Shown one piece after another: positions 16,619 to 27,124 of a stretch of 64,000 nucleotides of DNA. The notes beneath the pieces are model-generated. The model did no database searches and had not been told where the DNA came from. It saw nothing but the letters and a program-made list of their open reading frames with translations. Source of the stretch: Candidatus Melainabacteria bacterium 17Bon1m (GTDB lineage: Bacteria > Cyanobacteriota > Vampirovibrionia > Obscuribacterales > Obscuribacteraceae); contig JAVLKG010000003.1 of the NCBI GenBank assembly GCA_032128875.1, positions 1,035,757 to 1,099,756 of the forward strand, written 5' to 3'. The stretch's first letter is position 1. Each line of letters begins with the position of its first letter. Position numbers and translations under genes: made by a program.

Positions 16619-18319
16619 ATGGTTCATTCGCAGTTCGCTTATCAGCCCACATTGCGCCAATTGCTCAGTTCTGAGGCGTTTGCCGAAGCACAGGTGCTTT
16701 GCTGCGACGATAGTATCGACTCTGCGGTCACGCAAGTAATCTCCAATTTAGCCTCCCCATTTCGCCAGGGAAGCCTGCTGGTCAATAAACTTGAGGCCTT
16801 TGAAGGCAAGGAATTGAAGAATGTCGCCGATCTCTCGGCTGTCGTTGTTATCAAATCAATTGCCGATACTACGGTGCGGACCAGCCGCTCAGCGCGAGCA
16901 CAGGGCGGCGCTGAGCCTGTTGCCAAGCTGGTTGTGCCTTCGATTGCTCCGGTTCCAAACTATGATGCCGCGCTAAAGCAGCTCCTCAAGACCTGCCAGG
17001 AAGTGCACGTTCCACTGATAAGCATGCCCGGCTTTGGAGACCTGGGGCAGATTTCGGACGAAGTTCGATTTACTTTCCTGCGCCAGCTCAAGCTCAACAG
17101 CACGCGCCTGCATACATTTTTGATGAACCTGGTGGTCGAGGAAGGGCTGGAAGGTCTTGTCGAGGAGGTTTCCAATCAGCTGAATCGCCCGCTCAGTATT
17201 GAGTCGGCGCAGTTTTCGCTGATGGCGTCCAAGAATATGGGAGGCACGCCCGCCAGCCAGCAGCGCAGCCTCGCGGATGATGTCTATAAGACCGTACGCA
17301 AGCAACTCAAGACCCCGGATTCTAATGACGGCAAGGACTGGATCATCCCGACCCTCAAGGTCGGCAAGCGCCTGGTAGCTCCGATATTGTTGGGGGAGAA
17401 CATCGTCGGCTATATCTCGTCAATGGTTCGGCCCAATGACGATATGGAAGCAATTGCCGAGCTTTTGCGTCCTGCAGCGCTCGCCTGCATGATTGAGTTT
17501 CATCAGAATCGGCAAACCGGTCCGATGTTTGCTGCCACGCAGAAGAGTTTGCTTAAGGACCTCTTGCTCGGCGGCTCTCTGGCAGCGTCTGACCAGGAGC
17601 GCATGGATCAGCACTATGGATTTGACATGGCTGATGGCATTCTTGTTTTTGCTTGCAGCGCGTTAAATCGCCAGGGGCAGCCTCTTGCGCTTGAAGGGCT
17701 GCCGGAAAATTTCGGGGTGATGACTGAAATAGAAGGGACGGCAACGGTTGTCTTTCCTTATCTTGCAAATTCCGGTAAAACCTGGCAGCAAGTCGCAGAA
17801 GCGCTTCAAAAGCAGCTTAAGGAACTTGTAAAACAAAAGCCGGGCGGTGCGGATGCTCAGATTCAAATTGGTGCCGGGCGGATGGCAGAGACCACATTTG
17901 ACCTAGCGGAGAGTTATCGTGAGGCGCGTCAGGCTCTCATCGTAGGCTCAATGATGCACGCCGATAAAGAATTCACGATCGGCTACGGCGAGCTGGGCGT
18001 CAAGCGCTTGCTGTATTTGATGATTGACCACCCTGAATTGGAACGCTTTTGCGAAGAAATCATTGAACCTCTTGAGAGTTATGACGAAGAGTGGGAAAGC
18101 GAACTCGTGCCGAGTCTTCGTGTTTATCTGGCTGAGGGCGCCAATCTCAACTCGGCTGCCCGGGCTCTTTTCATTCACCGACATACTTTGCGCTATCGCC
18201 TTGAGCAAATTGCCGAAATTCTCAAAGTTGACATCGACTCGCAAGAAGTATTGCTAAACTTGCAGATCGCTTTTCAAATTCGAGACATGATGAGCGGCAG
18301 CACAGGAAAGAGGGGATGA
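16619..18319 (+). CDS. PucR/CdaR-family transcriptional regulator
   Basis: C-terminal NLNSAARALFIHRHTLRYRLEQI HTH; SYREARQAL. Confidence 0.9.
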   Translation: MVHSQFAYQPTLRQLLSSEAFAEAQVLCCDDSIDSAVTQVISNLASPFRQGSLLVNKLEAFEGKELKNVADLSAVVVIKSIADTTVRTSRSARAQGGAEPVAKLVVPSIAPVPNYDAALKQLLKTCQEVHVPLISMPGFGDLGQISDEVRFTFLRQLKLNSTRLHTFLMNLVVEEGLEGLVEEVSNQLNRPLSIESAQFSLMASKNMGGTPASQQRSLADDVYKTVRKQLKTPDSNDGKDWIIPTLKVGKRLVAPILLGENIVGYISSMVRPNDDMEAIAELLRPAALACMIEFHQNRQTGPMFAATQKSLLKDLLLGGSLAASDQERMDQHYGFDMADGILVFACSALNRQGQPLALEGLPENFGVMTEIEGTATVVFPYLANSGKTWQQVAEALQKQLKELVKQKPGGADAQIQIGAGRMAETTFDLAESYREARQALIVGSMMHADKEFTIGYGELGVKRLLYLMIDHPELERFCEEIIEPLESYDEEWESELVPSLRVYLAEGANLNSAARALFIHRHTLRYRLEQIAEILKVDIDSQEVLLNLQIAFQIRDMMSGSTGKRG

Positions 18320-19485
18320 GCGCCAAAGCCATCCAGGCAATCGAGATTTCCAAGCGCTTCGGTACGACCCAGGCTGTGCGCACGCTTAATCTTGATGTGG
18401 AAGAGAGCGAATTCTTCAGCCTCTTGGGACCATCGGGCTGCGGTAAAACCACCCTTCTTCGAATGATTGCCGGTTTTGAAACCCCAACAGAAGGCAAACT
18501 TTTGGTCGGCGGAAAAGATGTTTTGGGTGTTCCTCCGCATAAACGCCCAGTCAATATGGTCTTTCAAAGCTACGCTTTGTTTCCGCATCTGACAGTCTTT
18601 GAGAATGTGGCGTTTGGACTAAAATCTGGACTTAAGCTAAAGAATGATGAAATCGCTTCGCGCGTTGGTGAGGCACTAAATCTGGTGCGCCTAGCTCACT
18701 TGTCTCAGCGGTACCCGTCTCAACTTTCTGGCGGACAGCAACAGCGTGTCGCCTTGGCGCGTGCAATCGTAAATCGCCCCATGGTACTGCTTCTGGACGA
18801 ACCGCTGTCGGCCCTTGACCCTCAAATAAGAGAAGAAATGCAAAGCGAATTGGCCCGCTTGCAGCGCGAATTGAATATGACATTCGTCATGGTTACACAC
18901 GACCAAGATGAAGCGTTGGCACTCTCCAGCCGAATAGCGGTCTTCTACAACGGCAATCTCGAGCAGGTCGGAACTCCGAAAGAAGTATACGAACGCCCGG
19001 AAACGCCATTCGTGGCTCGTTTCATTGGAAATACGAATTTGCTCCAAGGGACGCTAGTTTCATCCGACGGTAATTTGGCGAAGGTCAAACTCAACGATGG
19101 ACGCGAAGTAGTCGTTGAAGGCGACACCGCAAATGGTGCCAAAGCAGGCGACAGAGTTTTGCTTTCAATAAAGCCTCAAGCGGTTAAGTTGGTTTCTGAA
19201 TCTCAGACAGGTCTGCCATCGACGATTTTGAATCGCAGTTATCTCGGTGCTTCGACTGAATATGTCGTTAAATCAAATCTTGGAACAGACCTTAGATCTG
19301 CAGCCGCAACCGATCATGCTCTCGAATTCGGCATCGGACAATCCGTTCATGTAGAAGTCGACTGGAAAAACTGTACTTTGCTGAAAGATGCAACGCCAAA
19401 CAGCTCTGAAGTTTCAGAAACAGAGAGCGATGCGAAAACCGCCAGGGAAGCAGCGCAGACCGGTACCGAAAGAATGGGAGATTAG
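18316..19485 (+). CDS. potA: Polyamine ABC transporter ATP-binding subunit
   Basis: GPSGCGKTT, PPHKRPVNMVFQSYALFPH, LSGGQQQRVALARA, TOBE-like C-terminus. Confidence 0.9.
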   Translation: MSAKAIQAIEISKRFGTTQAVRTLNLDVEESEFFSLLGPSGCGKTTLLRMIAGFETPTEGKLLVGGKDVLGVPPHKRPVNMVFQSYALFPHLTVFENVAFGLKSGLKLKNDEIASRVGEALNLVRLAHLSQRYPSQLSGGQQQRVALARAIVNRPMVLLLDEPLSALDPQIREEMQSELARLQRELNMTFVMVTHDQDEALALSSRIAVFYNGNLEQVGTPKEVYERPETPFVARFIGNTNLLQGTLVSSDGNLAKVKLNDGREVVVEGDTANGAKAGDRVLLSIKPQAVKLVSESQTGLPSTILNRSYLGASTEYVVKSNLGTDLRSAAATDHALEFGIGQSVHVEVDWKNCTLLKDATPNSSEVSETESDAKTAREAAQTGTERMGD

Positions 19486-19490
19486 TTTCG

Positions 19491-20603
19491 GTGCTTTCTC
19501 GTCGCACATTTTTGCAAGGCATGACCGGCGCATTGCTGGCTCCGGGGCTGGCAGGATGCGCGCTGGGTCGAAAGCAAAAGGACAGCGGCAACTCGGTAAA
19601 CATATACAGCTGGGCAGATTACCTTCACCCTGACACGATTCCTGATTTCGAGAAAAGGACTGGTGTCCAGGTCGTCTATGACACGTTTGCTTCAAATGAG
19701 GCTCTTTTAGCTAAGCTCCAGGCTGGCGCTTCCGACTACGACATCGTGGTTCCGACCGGCTACATGTTGAGAAATCTAGTCAAATTGGGACTGCTGCAAG
19801 AGCTCGATCATTCCAAAATTCCGAATTTGAAAAACATCATGGATCGTTTTCAAAACCCTGGTCACGACCACGGTTTGAAATACTCGGTTCCTTACACCTG
19901 GGGAACAACTGGTATCGGATATAACACCGTAGCAGTGCGACGAGCCATGACTATCAAGGATGCAGATTTGCAGATGCCTCAAATGGCAATGGATAAAACT
20001 CCTGCTGATTGGGATGTCTTCTGGGACGCACGTATGGCTGGCAGAATCACGCTTTTAGATGATTCAAGAGAAACAATCGGAGCGGCTCTAAAACGCCGTG
20101 GACATTCTTACAACACTACAGACGAAGCATTGATTCGCAAAGCGACCGAAGATTTGAAACTCCAAAAGCCGCTCACGATGTGTTATTCATCTGATCAGGT
20201 CATTACTCAGCTCGTCAGCGGAGATTGTTGGTTGGCCCTCGTTTATAGCGGTGATGCGTATCAGGCTAGACGGGAGAATCCGGATATCGGTTATGCAATT
20301 CCGGTCGGTGGATGTTCGATTTGGATGGATAGCTTGTGCATTCCTAAGTCGGCCCCGCATCCAGAGAGAGCATACGAGTGGATAAATTACATCCTGGAAC
20401 CGCCAGTCGGTGCGGCGATTGCAAACTATACGCGTTACGCAACACCTAATAAGCTAGCGCTGCCCTTAGTCAATGAAGAGCTGCGCAAGGATAAAGTTCT
20501 ATATCCTAATGAAAATGTCTTGGCTCGCTGTGAGGAGATCGGAGACGTGGGCAAGGCGGTCTTCACATACGATCGAATGTGGACGGAGCTGAAGTGTTCC
20601 TGA
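19491..20603 (+). CDS. potD: Spermidine/putrescine-binding protein (Tat-type lipoprotein)
   Basis: SRRTFL twin-Arg, LAGC lipobox, YSWADY, FASNE, PYTWGTTGIGYN, YSGD. Confidence 0.88.
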   Translation: MLSRRTFLQGMTGALLAPGLAGCALGRKQKDSGNSVNIYSWADYLHPDTIPDFEKRTGVQVVYDTFASNEALLAKLQAGASDYDIVVPTGYMLRNLVKLGLLQELDHSKIPNLKNIMDRFQNPGHDHGLKYSVPYTWGTTGIGYNTVAVRRAMTIKDADLQMPQMAMDKTPADWDVFWDARMAGRITLLDDSRETIGAALKRRGHSYNTTDEALIRKATEDLKLQKPLTMCYSSDQVITQLVSGDCWLALVYSGDAYQARRENPDIGYAIPVGGCSIWMDSLCIPKSAPHPERAYEWINYILEPPVGAAIANYTRYATPNKLALPLVNEELRKDKVLYPNENVLARCEEIGDVGKAVFTYDRMWTELKCS

Positions 20604-20604
20604 A

Positions 20605-20705
20605 GTAGGGGAGCCACATGTGGCTCCCTGACAGGGAGGCGCATGCGCCTCCCCTACTTATTGTTGTGATGCGCCTCCCCTACTGTTGTTGGGATGCGCC
20701 TCCTC
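20605..20705. repeat. GTAG-type REP doublet (REPIN-like) plus two partial tandem copies
   Basis: GTAG-GGGAGCCACATGTGGCTCCC-tgaca-GGGAGGCGCATGCGCCTCCC-CTAC (20605-20657), then ATGCGCCTCC twice more. Confidence 0.8.
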
Positions 20706-20776
20706 TTGGATAGAAAAAAGCAGCAAGGGCGATGCATGTGCACCGCCCCAGCAAATACTTTAAGTAGTCTGGCTTA

Positions 20777-20974
20777 TTACGAGCCTTTTCCTACCATCTT
20801 CTTGGCACCATTGCCCATAGCCTTGAGGCCTTTGCCTACGGCTTTGAAGGGCCATACGATAGCATTGCCAACTTTCTTGCCGGCTTCTTTGATTTTGCTA
20901 TCTTCTGCTTGCGCAGCGGTGGCGGTAAAACTGCAAATGGCGATCATGAGACCGACTGCCAAACTCTTCTTCAT
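20777..20974 (-). CDS. Small secreted protein
   Basis: Signal peptide; AAGGAG RBS; Lys/Gly-rich amphipathic mature part. Confidence 0.75.
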   Translation of the reverse strand: MKKSLAVGLMIAICSFTATAAQAEDSKIKEAGKKVGNAIVWPFKAVGKGLKAMGNGAKKMVGKGS

Positions 20975-21143
20975 GGGATACTCCTTAACTGTTCCTGCGC
21001 GTATGGAACGTGACTTGTCACGTTGCCCTTTATAGCACAGTTCAGGGCGCCCGTGCCCTGTGCAATGTTCAGATAATAGCTGATACGTGTGGATGTTCAG
21101 AGATTTTGCACCCGGATAACATTGTCGTTATATACGCCGGGAA

Positions 21144-22253
21144 TCAAGTCCTGTCATGCGCTGCAGGGCTGTAAGAATCTAGAATCCGCTTTGCTTCATC
21201 TTCTAATTCCTTCGCTTTGTCGCTCAATCCTTTTTCCTTAAGCAACTCCGCATATGCAGTCAGGGTCTGTGCAAGCAGCGGCGGATATGAGGCGTGGCGT
21301 CTTATTGACAGGGAAAGCTTGTAAAGATTCTCAGCTTCTTCCAATCTTCTTTCCCTGTGCAAAAGTTTTGCCAGAGAGTGTGCCGTTGTCGCTACCGTCG
21401 GATGCTGGTCGCCAAGCACGCTCTGACGTAGTGCCAGAGCCTTTTTATAGATGTGCTCTGCTTCACCGAGCATACCCTGGGCCGCATATAAGTCTGCTAG
21501 CAAATGCAGGCTCTGCGATACAAATGGGTGATACGGCCACAGTTCCCACGTTTCGCTGAGTAGTGCATAGCGGAATAAGACCTGCGCATCTTCTAATCGT
21601 CCCTGGCGAAAGTGCTGTCTTGAAAGGAAAAACAGGCTATGGCCAATGTCCTGAAAGCTTTCCAGATATTCGAGCCTGGCAGCTCCTTTCATTTGCCTTT
21701 CGCATTCTGAAAAGCAGCGATTGGCCTCATCTTCTTTCCCTAGCTGTTTGTAAATGAGTGACAATCCCATAAGGCAGAAGGATGCGTATTCATGGTCTGC
21801 GCCAAGCGTTTTTCTGTAAATTTCGAGCGAGTCTTTGACGAGAATTTCTGCGTCGGGCAGTCTTCCCCATGCGAAGTACAAACCGGCAAGGAAGTTTTTC
21901 TGAGTGGCCAGATCAAGTATGCCTGCTGGTAGAAATTTTTCCGTAAGAAGTATGGTGCGAATATAGACCTGCTCTGCTTCTTTGAACTTTTCTTGTATTC
22001 GATAAAGCACCGCAAGATTGTGCAGTCTTGGCACCAGAAGTGGTGACTTTGCACCCTCTTTCTTTTCGGTTATTGAAATCGCTCGGGAATAACACTCTTC
22101 CGCTTCGGAATGTTTTCCTGTGCTGTGATAAGCATATGCCAGCTGATCGAGCAGTGGCACGAGCTGCCCATCGTCGGGTCCCAGGCGGCTTTCCGCGTCC
22201 TGCAAAACCTTCTTGCATTCTTCTTCGTTGGGCGTTTTATTCAGCGCTGGCAT
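21144..22253 (-). CDS. Tetratricopeptide repeat protein (kinesin-light-chain type)
   Basis: Repeated LA.LY..QG...EAE..Y..AL......LG..HP. Confidence 0.9.
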   Translation of the reverse strand: MPALNKTPNEEECKKVLQDAESRLGPDDGQLVPLLDQLAYAYHSTGKHSEAEECYSRAISITEKKEGAKSPLLVPRLHNLAVLYRIQEKFKEAEQVYIRTILLTEKFLPAGILDLATQKNFLAGLYFAWGRLPDAEILVKDSLEIYRKTLGADHEYASFCLMGLSLIYKQLGKEDEANRCFSECERQMKGAARLEYLESFQDIGHSLFFLSRQHFRQGRLEDAQVLFRYALLSETWELWPYHPFVSQSLHLLADLYAAQGMLGEAEHIYKKALALRQSVLGDQHPTVATTAHSLAKLLHRERRLEEAENLYKLSLSIRRHASYPPLLAQTLTAYAELLKEKGLSDKAKELEDEAKRILDSYSPAAHDRT

Positions 22254-22306
22254 TGATGTCTAACTGTGATGCCACCATATTTGAGGGCACGACGGAAAGT
22301 AGGTAG

Positions 22307-22999
22307 TTATGTGTGAGCTACGACAAATCTGGTTCCGGAATCTAGTGTTTTAAACTCGTCGATCTTCCAGCCGCTCAGTATTTCTTTCAGCTCTTCATCA
22401 GGGAAATAGCGCAGCATCATGCCTTTTCTCGATTTGTCCGTATAGACTTGTGTGCCGTCTTCGAGTTTAAAATACTCACCCGGTCCGGTTCCGACTTTGT
22501 CAAAACAACCGATGAAAGTTCCACCGCTCACAACGATCGATTTCAGTTTTGTCATTGCCACAAGTGCAAGCGAAAGTGGCAAGTGTTCGATAATTGAATT
22601 GGCAACCACTGCATCGAATGTATTTTCTTCGTAGGGCAAATCACCAAGGTCACCTACATCGAATTTAATTTTCAAATCTTCCATAGTCGCCCATTGGTTG
22701 CCTAGGTCCAGCGCATGATCAGCTACATCAATGCCGGTTACCTGAAAACCTTCTCTTGCCAATAACACCGAAAGCCACCCGCTCCCGCAGCCCAAGTCCA
22801 GAACTTTATGGGTGTTCTTCGCCCGCAGCGTGCTAGGAATCCAGGGCAGGTATTCGAGATCTGGCATCTTAGTGTAGGGCTTGGTACACATATTCCAAGC
22901 CTGATGCCAGAAGTCCAGATTCTCCTTGTAGACCTGCGACGAGCGCAATTCGCTCGCCTTTTGAGGCGCCTGCTCTATTGTGGCTTTGTCTACTTTCAT
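22307..22999 (-). CDS. Class I SAM-dependent methyltransferase
   Basis: VLDLGCGSG, VTGID, FDAVVA; start uncertain (ORF open to 23095). Confidence 0.88.
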   Translation of the reverse strand: MKVDKATIEQAPQKASELRSSQVYKENLDFWHQAWNMCTKPYTKMPDLEYLPWIPSTLRAKNTHKVLDLGCGSGWLSVLLAREGFQVTGIDVADHALDLGNQWATMEDLKIKFDVGDLGDLPYEENTFDAVVANSIIEHLPLSLALVAMTKLKSIVVSGGTFIGCFDKVGTGPGEYFKLEDGTQVYTDKSRKGMMLRYFPDEELKEILSGWKIDEFKTLDSGTRFVVAHT

Positions 23000-23263
23000 A
23001 CTGGCTCTGCGTTTTGTGATGTGCGAAGTCAAGCTGGTTATTGCGCTCGTATAGAGCCTGCTCACATGCCGATAAAGCGAGGCTCGTCTCGACATGCCGA
23101 TAACCGGCGTCGAGATCCTAGCATGTAACCGTGAAAGGCAAAGCGTTTCGGGCTCGAATGCTAAATTCCAGCAAGATTAATTGGATCCTGAATTGGGTAT
23201 TAGTAATATGGCGGGTGTGTAGGATCTCTTCCTACGACATCTATTGGCAAATGGTGGGCGACG

Positions 23264-26200
23264 ATGACGGAGCCTGGCGGTTCACAACTGCAGATGATGT
23301 TGGTTCAGCAAGCTGGGCCTGGCGCTTTGCCGCTTAGCATCCTTTCGCCTGCCGAATTTTTGCCTTTTATTCGCGATGTCGAGCAGCTGGCGGTTTCTGA
23401 GAAGCTCGCCCCTGTCTTGGTTTATTGGTCTCGCCGTTCCGCAGCCTGGCTCTTACCCACCGGTCCCCGGTTCAAGGAGCTCATGCGTGACGCTTTCTGC
23501 GTCTCAATCTTTTCTGAAGATCGTCAAGACACGCCCGATGAATGGTGTTTCCTTATAGAGAGCCGCGGATTGTGTCTCATCTTGTACGCCCAGCAGGCTC
23601 TGGAATCGCCACAGGGCGAGAAATATCAATGTTCTGGCTCCATGAATGCTCAAATTGTTCGCCAGGCATTTAACCGCTTGTTGCCTGCTTGGCAGACTAT
23701 CGAGCTGGGCGAGAGCAACCGCCTGGAAGATGCGCGCATTAATCTTGGTCCTTGCGGCAGTGCCAATCATTTTGTCGACAATATCCGCAATCTCTGGCCG
23801 GTTGTGAAATCGCCGATTCAGCAAAATTTGATTTTGAAGCCTCAGGAAGTTGCACAACAACCACCAATAATTGTTGATCATGGAAAAGTCAGCCCTATCG
23901 CGCTAGAAGCAAGCGCCTTCCCGGGCGGCGCCGTGGTTGCGCCTCCTAGACCATTACCCGCCCAGCAACCAGGCAACACACCCATTGCTCCGCAGTCACC
24001 ATTTGCGGTGCCCGGGGCTGCAACCGGCGGTGACGGTGGTGGTGGGCACGATCCTATCAAAGCGCAGCAGGTGCGCACGCAGCCATTGCCCAAGCCTTCT
24101 GCATTCGAGCTTCCGAAGCCGAAGCAATTGAAGGATCAAGAATATCTCAACACCGCCGAGTCCGAATTTGAAACTACCGGTGATTTGACCGAGAAGCTCA
24201 GCGCGGCCATTGGACCGGATGGGCAGCCTTTGCCTCCTCGTCCTTCGGCTCTGCGTGGACTGCGGCAAACTCTTGCGGATGAAAACCAGGCGCCGCAAGA
24301 GGACGTTATTATCCCGGTTCCGGCGCAAGCGATTATCAGCGATATCATCGGTCAACTTCGTCATTCTAGCGATTTGACTTCTATTCTCCAGTACGCGATT
24401 GAAACACTTACTCAGGTGGTGCAAGCTGAAAGAGGCTTGATCTGGCAGGTCGTCGGCGATCAGCTCGCCGTAACTAATGAGTTCGCCACCAGCGGTCACA
24501 CTTGCTTTGTGGGCAACCAACTCGGGTCGCAAGAATCAACTGCAATCGTTCTGGAGTTTCTCTCGAGATTTCCTGATGAGTCGGGTGCAGGCGTTATCAG
24601 CATTCCCGACACATCTCATGATACGAATTTGCACAAGATGTCTCCCACCCTTTCGTCTCTCATCGAATTAGGAGAAGTGCGCGGCAGATTGATGGTTCAG
24701 TTGCGTTCGCGCGGCATATTCTCAGGCTTTTTGGAACTGCAACAGTGCGGCGGCCCCCGCGAGTGGAGCAGGCATGATGCGGTTATTTTGCAAAGCGTCG
24801 CCGAAATGCTTTCGGTTGTAGTTCAACAATCTTTTGACCAAAGCAAAATCGAGATGGACGCGCGCGAAATGAAACTCATCAACGAGATCGCGAGCTTGTT
24901 CCGCGATTCTCGTGGTCAGTCGACCGAAGAGTCTCTCGTCAAGTCAGTTATGCTCGTGGCAGAGCACATGGGCTTCACCCATTCTCAGATCTATTTGTAC
25001 GATGCTGAGGAAAACGTTCTTAAAGCGCAAATTAAAGGCGGCGGTCACTCGCTTGTCGACATGAACAACAAAGACAATCCATTTGTCGCTGTATTCGAGT
25101 CGGGCAGAGGAAAGATCGTCAACGCTGAGTTCACCCGAAAGGGCGACAAATTCTTTGGTCACGATATGGCGCTCGTACTTCCTCTCATCTCCGAGGGGGA
25201 GCGACTGGGTGTGATCGGGTTGTGGCAACGACTTCCAAACAAACCGCAATTCAGACCTCAGGATAGAGAACTCGGTTTGACTATTGCTGGTCACTTGTCC
25301 AACGTTATCCGGGCAGAGCAAGCGATCACGATGATTCGTGCAGAGCAGGCTCGGGCTGCTCTTATCAATAAAGTTTCGAGCGAAATTCGTCAGTCACTCA
25401 AAGAAGTCGACCAGATTATGGAGACTTTGGTCGAGTGCGTGCACGAGTATTTTGGACTTTCGCTTTGCGTAGTATCACTTTTCGATTCACAGCAGCAGGA
25501 TTTCACTAAGTCCAAAACAGCAGGATTGGAGCCGCCTCCGGCTAAGGTAATTCAAACTCCCGACGAAATCGGCGAGCCGAAAATCGAAGAAGAAGAGCCT
25601 GCCGCTCCTAACTTCGGTGAGCAATTGCTGCTCACTATGCTTGAAGATTTGAAGCTCGAACAGCGCATTTTCCTGAGTGCAGATCAGATTAGAGAAAAAC
25701 TCGCAGGCAAGACGGTTGAAATCCCTGATGACCTGAAGTCGGCAACTCTCTTTCCGTTGGTTCATGCCGGTAATTTCAAAGCCGGTTTGTGTCTGGTTTC
25801 GGCCGATCGAGAAACACCGTTTCCGGAAAAAGACATGCACATGGTCACCGACCTTGCCGATAGAGTCGCAGTTGTGGTTTCACACGCAGAGCTCTTTGCG
25901 CAGGTAGAACGCCAGGCTGTCACTGACCCGATGACCGGTTTGTTCAACCGTCGTTATTTCACCGAACAGCTCACCAAAGAAATCGACCGTTATCAGCGAT
26001 TCGGTCACCCCTTCTCGTACATCATCGTTGACTTGGATTACTTGAAAAAGATCAACGACTCACTGGGTCACCACTTTGGTGACGCCGCCATCAAGCATAT
26101 TGCCAATGTGATGAAACGCAGCGTCCGTGACGTTGATACAGTCGGCAGGTTTGGCGGTGAGGAATTCGTTGTGCTCTTGCCAGAAACTGCTCATGAGAAT

Positions 26201-27124
26201 GCGCGAATGGTTGCTAACCGTATTTGCGCTGCTATCAGAGCAAAACCAGTTGAAGGCATTGGTGTTATCACAGCTTCGTTGGGTCTTGCCACCTTCCCCC
26301 AAGATGCGCAGGATAAAGACAAACTGCAAGAACTCGCCGACCAGGCCTTGTATTTGGCAAAACACCGTGGCAGAAACCAAGTCTGCTCCGTAATCGAAGA
26401 TTTGATCCCGAGCCAGGTTGCTCCACTGGAAGAAGCTGCGGCACCGGTGGCGGTGCCTGCGGGTGCGGAAGCTGCTGCTGCCGCTGCTGCGAACGCTGCC
26501 GCGCCTAAGTCTGCCTCAGGGGTGGAAACAGCAGGAACAGTCGATCTGGCGCTGGCAAATGAGAAAGGCATTCTTGGTCTTATCACTCAAATAGTTAAAA
26601 GCATCGACGAGAAAGATGCTTATGGCAACGAGCGCTCTCCGCGTGCTTACTCTTACGCCAACAGCATCGCTCAAGCTTTGCGCTTGTCAAAAGAGCATGC
26701 TGAGTTGGTTTCTCTTTCCGCTGCGTTTAGCAATATCGGCAAGTTATCGATGCCGGAAGAATTACTTCGCAAAAATGGTCCTCTCAGCGAGGAAGAATTG
26801 GTGCAGATTCGCAAAGCACCAAGTCTGGGAGCGAAATTCCTCGAGCCAGCGAAGATGCTCTATAAGCTGAGTTCTGTGATTGAAGCCTTGCACGAACACT
26901 GGGACGGCAGTGGCTATCCGAAAGGACTGAAGAACGAAGAGATTCCGCTTGAGTCCAGAATTATTGCTCTGGTTGATTCGTATGTAGCGATGACCAGCGA
27001 CAGACCATATCGAAAGAGTCTTTCTAAGCAAGAAGCAATCAAGCAAATTCAAGATGATGCGGGCAAGAAGTTTGACCCGCGGCTGGTTCGCTTTTTGCTT
27101 ACTGTGCTGCAGAAGGAAGGTTAA
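23264..27124 (+). CDS. Multidomain diguanylate cyclase: DICT-like, 3x GAF, GGDEF, degenerate HD-GYP
   Basis: DEWCFLI (DICT-like); GAF segments; TDPMTGLFNRR, RDVD I-site, RFGGEEF; HEHWDGSGYP but SNIGK in place of HDIGK. Confidence 0.9.
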   Translation: MTEPGGSQLQMMLVQQAGPGALPLSILSPAEFLPFIRDVEQLAVSEKLAPVLVYWSRRSAAWLLPTGPRFKELMRDAFCVSIFSEDRQDTPDEWCFLIESRGLCLILYAQQALESPQGEKYQCSGSMNAQIVRQAFNRLLPAWQTIELGESNRLEDARINLGPCGSANHFVDNIRNLWPVVKSPIQQNLILKPQEVAQQPPIIVDHGKVSPIALEASAFPGGAVVAPPRPLPAQQPGNTPIAPQSPFAVPGAATGGDGGGGHDPIKAQQVRTQPLPKPSAFELPKPKQLKDQEYLNTAESEFETTGDLTEKLSAAIGPDGQPLPPRPSALRGLRQTLADENQAPQEDVIIPVPAQAIISDIIGQLRHSSDLTSILQYAIETLTQVVQAERGLIWQVVGDQLAVTNEFATSGHTCFVGNQLGSQESTAIVLEFLSRFPDESGAGVISIPDTSHDTNLHKMSPTLSSLIELGEVRGRLMVQLRSRGIFSGFLELQQCGGPREWSRHDAVILQSVAEMLSVVVQQSFDQSKIEMDAREMKLINEIASLFRDSRGQSTEESLVKSVMLVAEHMGFTHSQIYLYDAEENVLKAQIKGGGHSLVDMNNKDNPFVAVFESGRGKIVNAEFTRKGDKFFGHDMALVLPLISEGERLGVIGLWQRLPNKPQFRPQDRELGLTIAGHLSNVIRAEQAITMIRAEQARAALINKVSSEIRQSLKEVDQIMETLVECVHEYFGLSLCVVSLFDSQQQDFTKSKTAGLEPPPAKVIQTPDEIGEPKIEEEEPAAPNFGEQLLLTMLEDLKLEQRIFLSADQIREKLAGKTVEIPDDLKSATLFPLVHAGNFKAGLCLVSADRETPFPEKDMHMVTDLADRVAVVVSHAELFAQVERQAVTDPMTGLFNRRYFTEQLTKEIDRYQRFGHPFSYIIVDLDYLKKINDSLGHHFGDAAIKHIANVMKRSVRDVDTVGRFGGEEFVVLLPETAHENARMVANRICAAIRAKPVEGIGVITASLGLATFPQDAQDKDKLQELADQALYLAKHRGRNQVCSVIEDLIPSQVAPLEEAAAPVAVPAGAEAAAAAAANAAAPKSASGVETAGTVDLALANEKGILGLITQIVKSIDEKDAYGNERSPRAYSYANSIAQALRLSKEHAELVSLSAAFSNIGKLSMPEELLRKNGPLSEEELVQIRKAPSLGAKFLEPAKMLYKLSSVIEALHEHWDGSGYPKGLKNEEIPLESRIIALVDSYVAMTSDRPYRKSLSKQEAIKQIQDDAGKKFDPRLVRFLLTVLQKEG

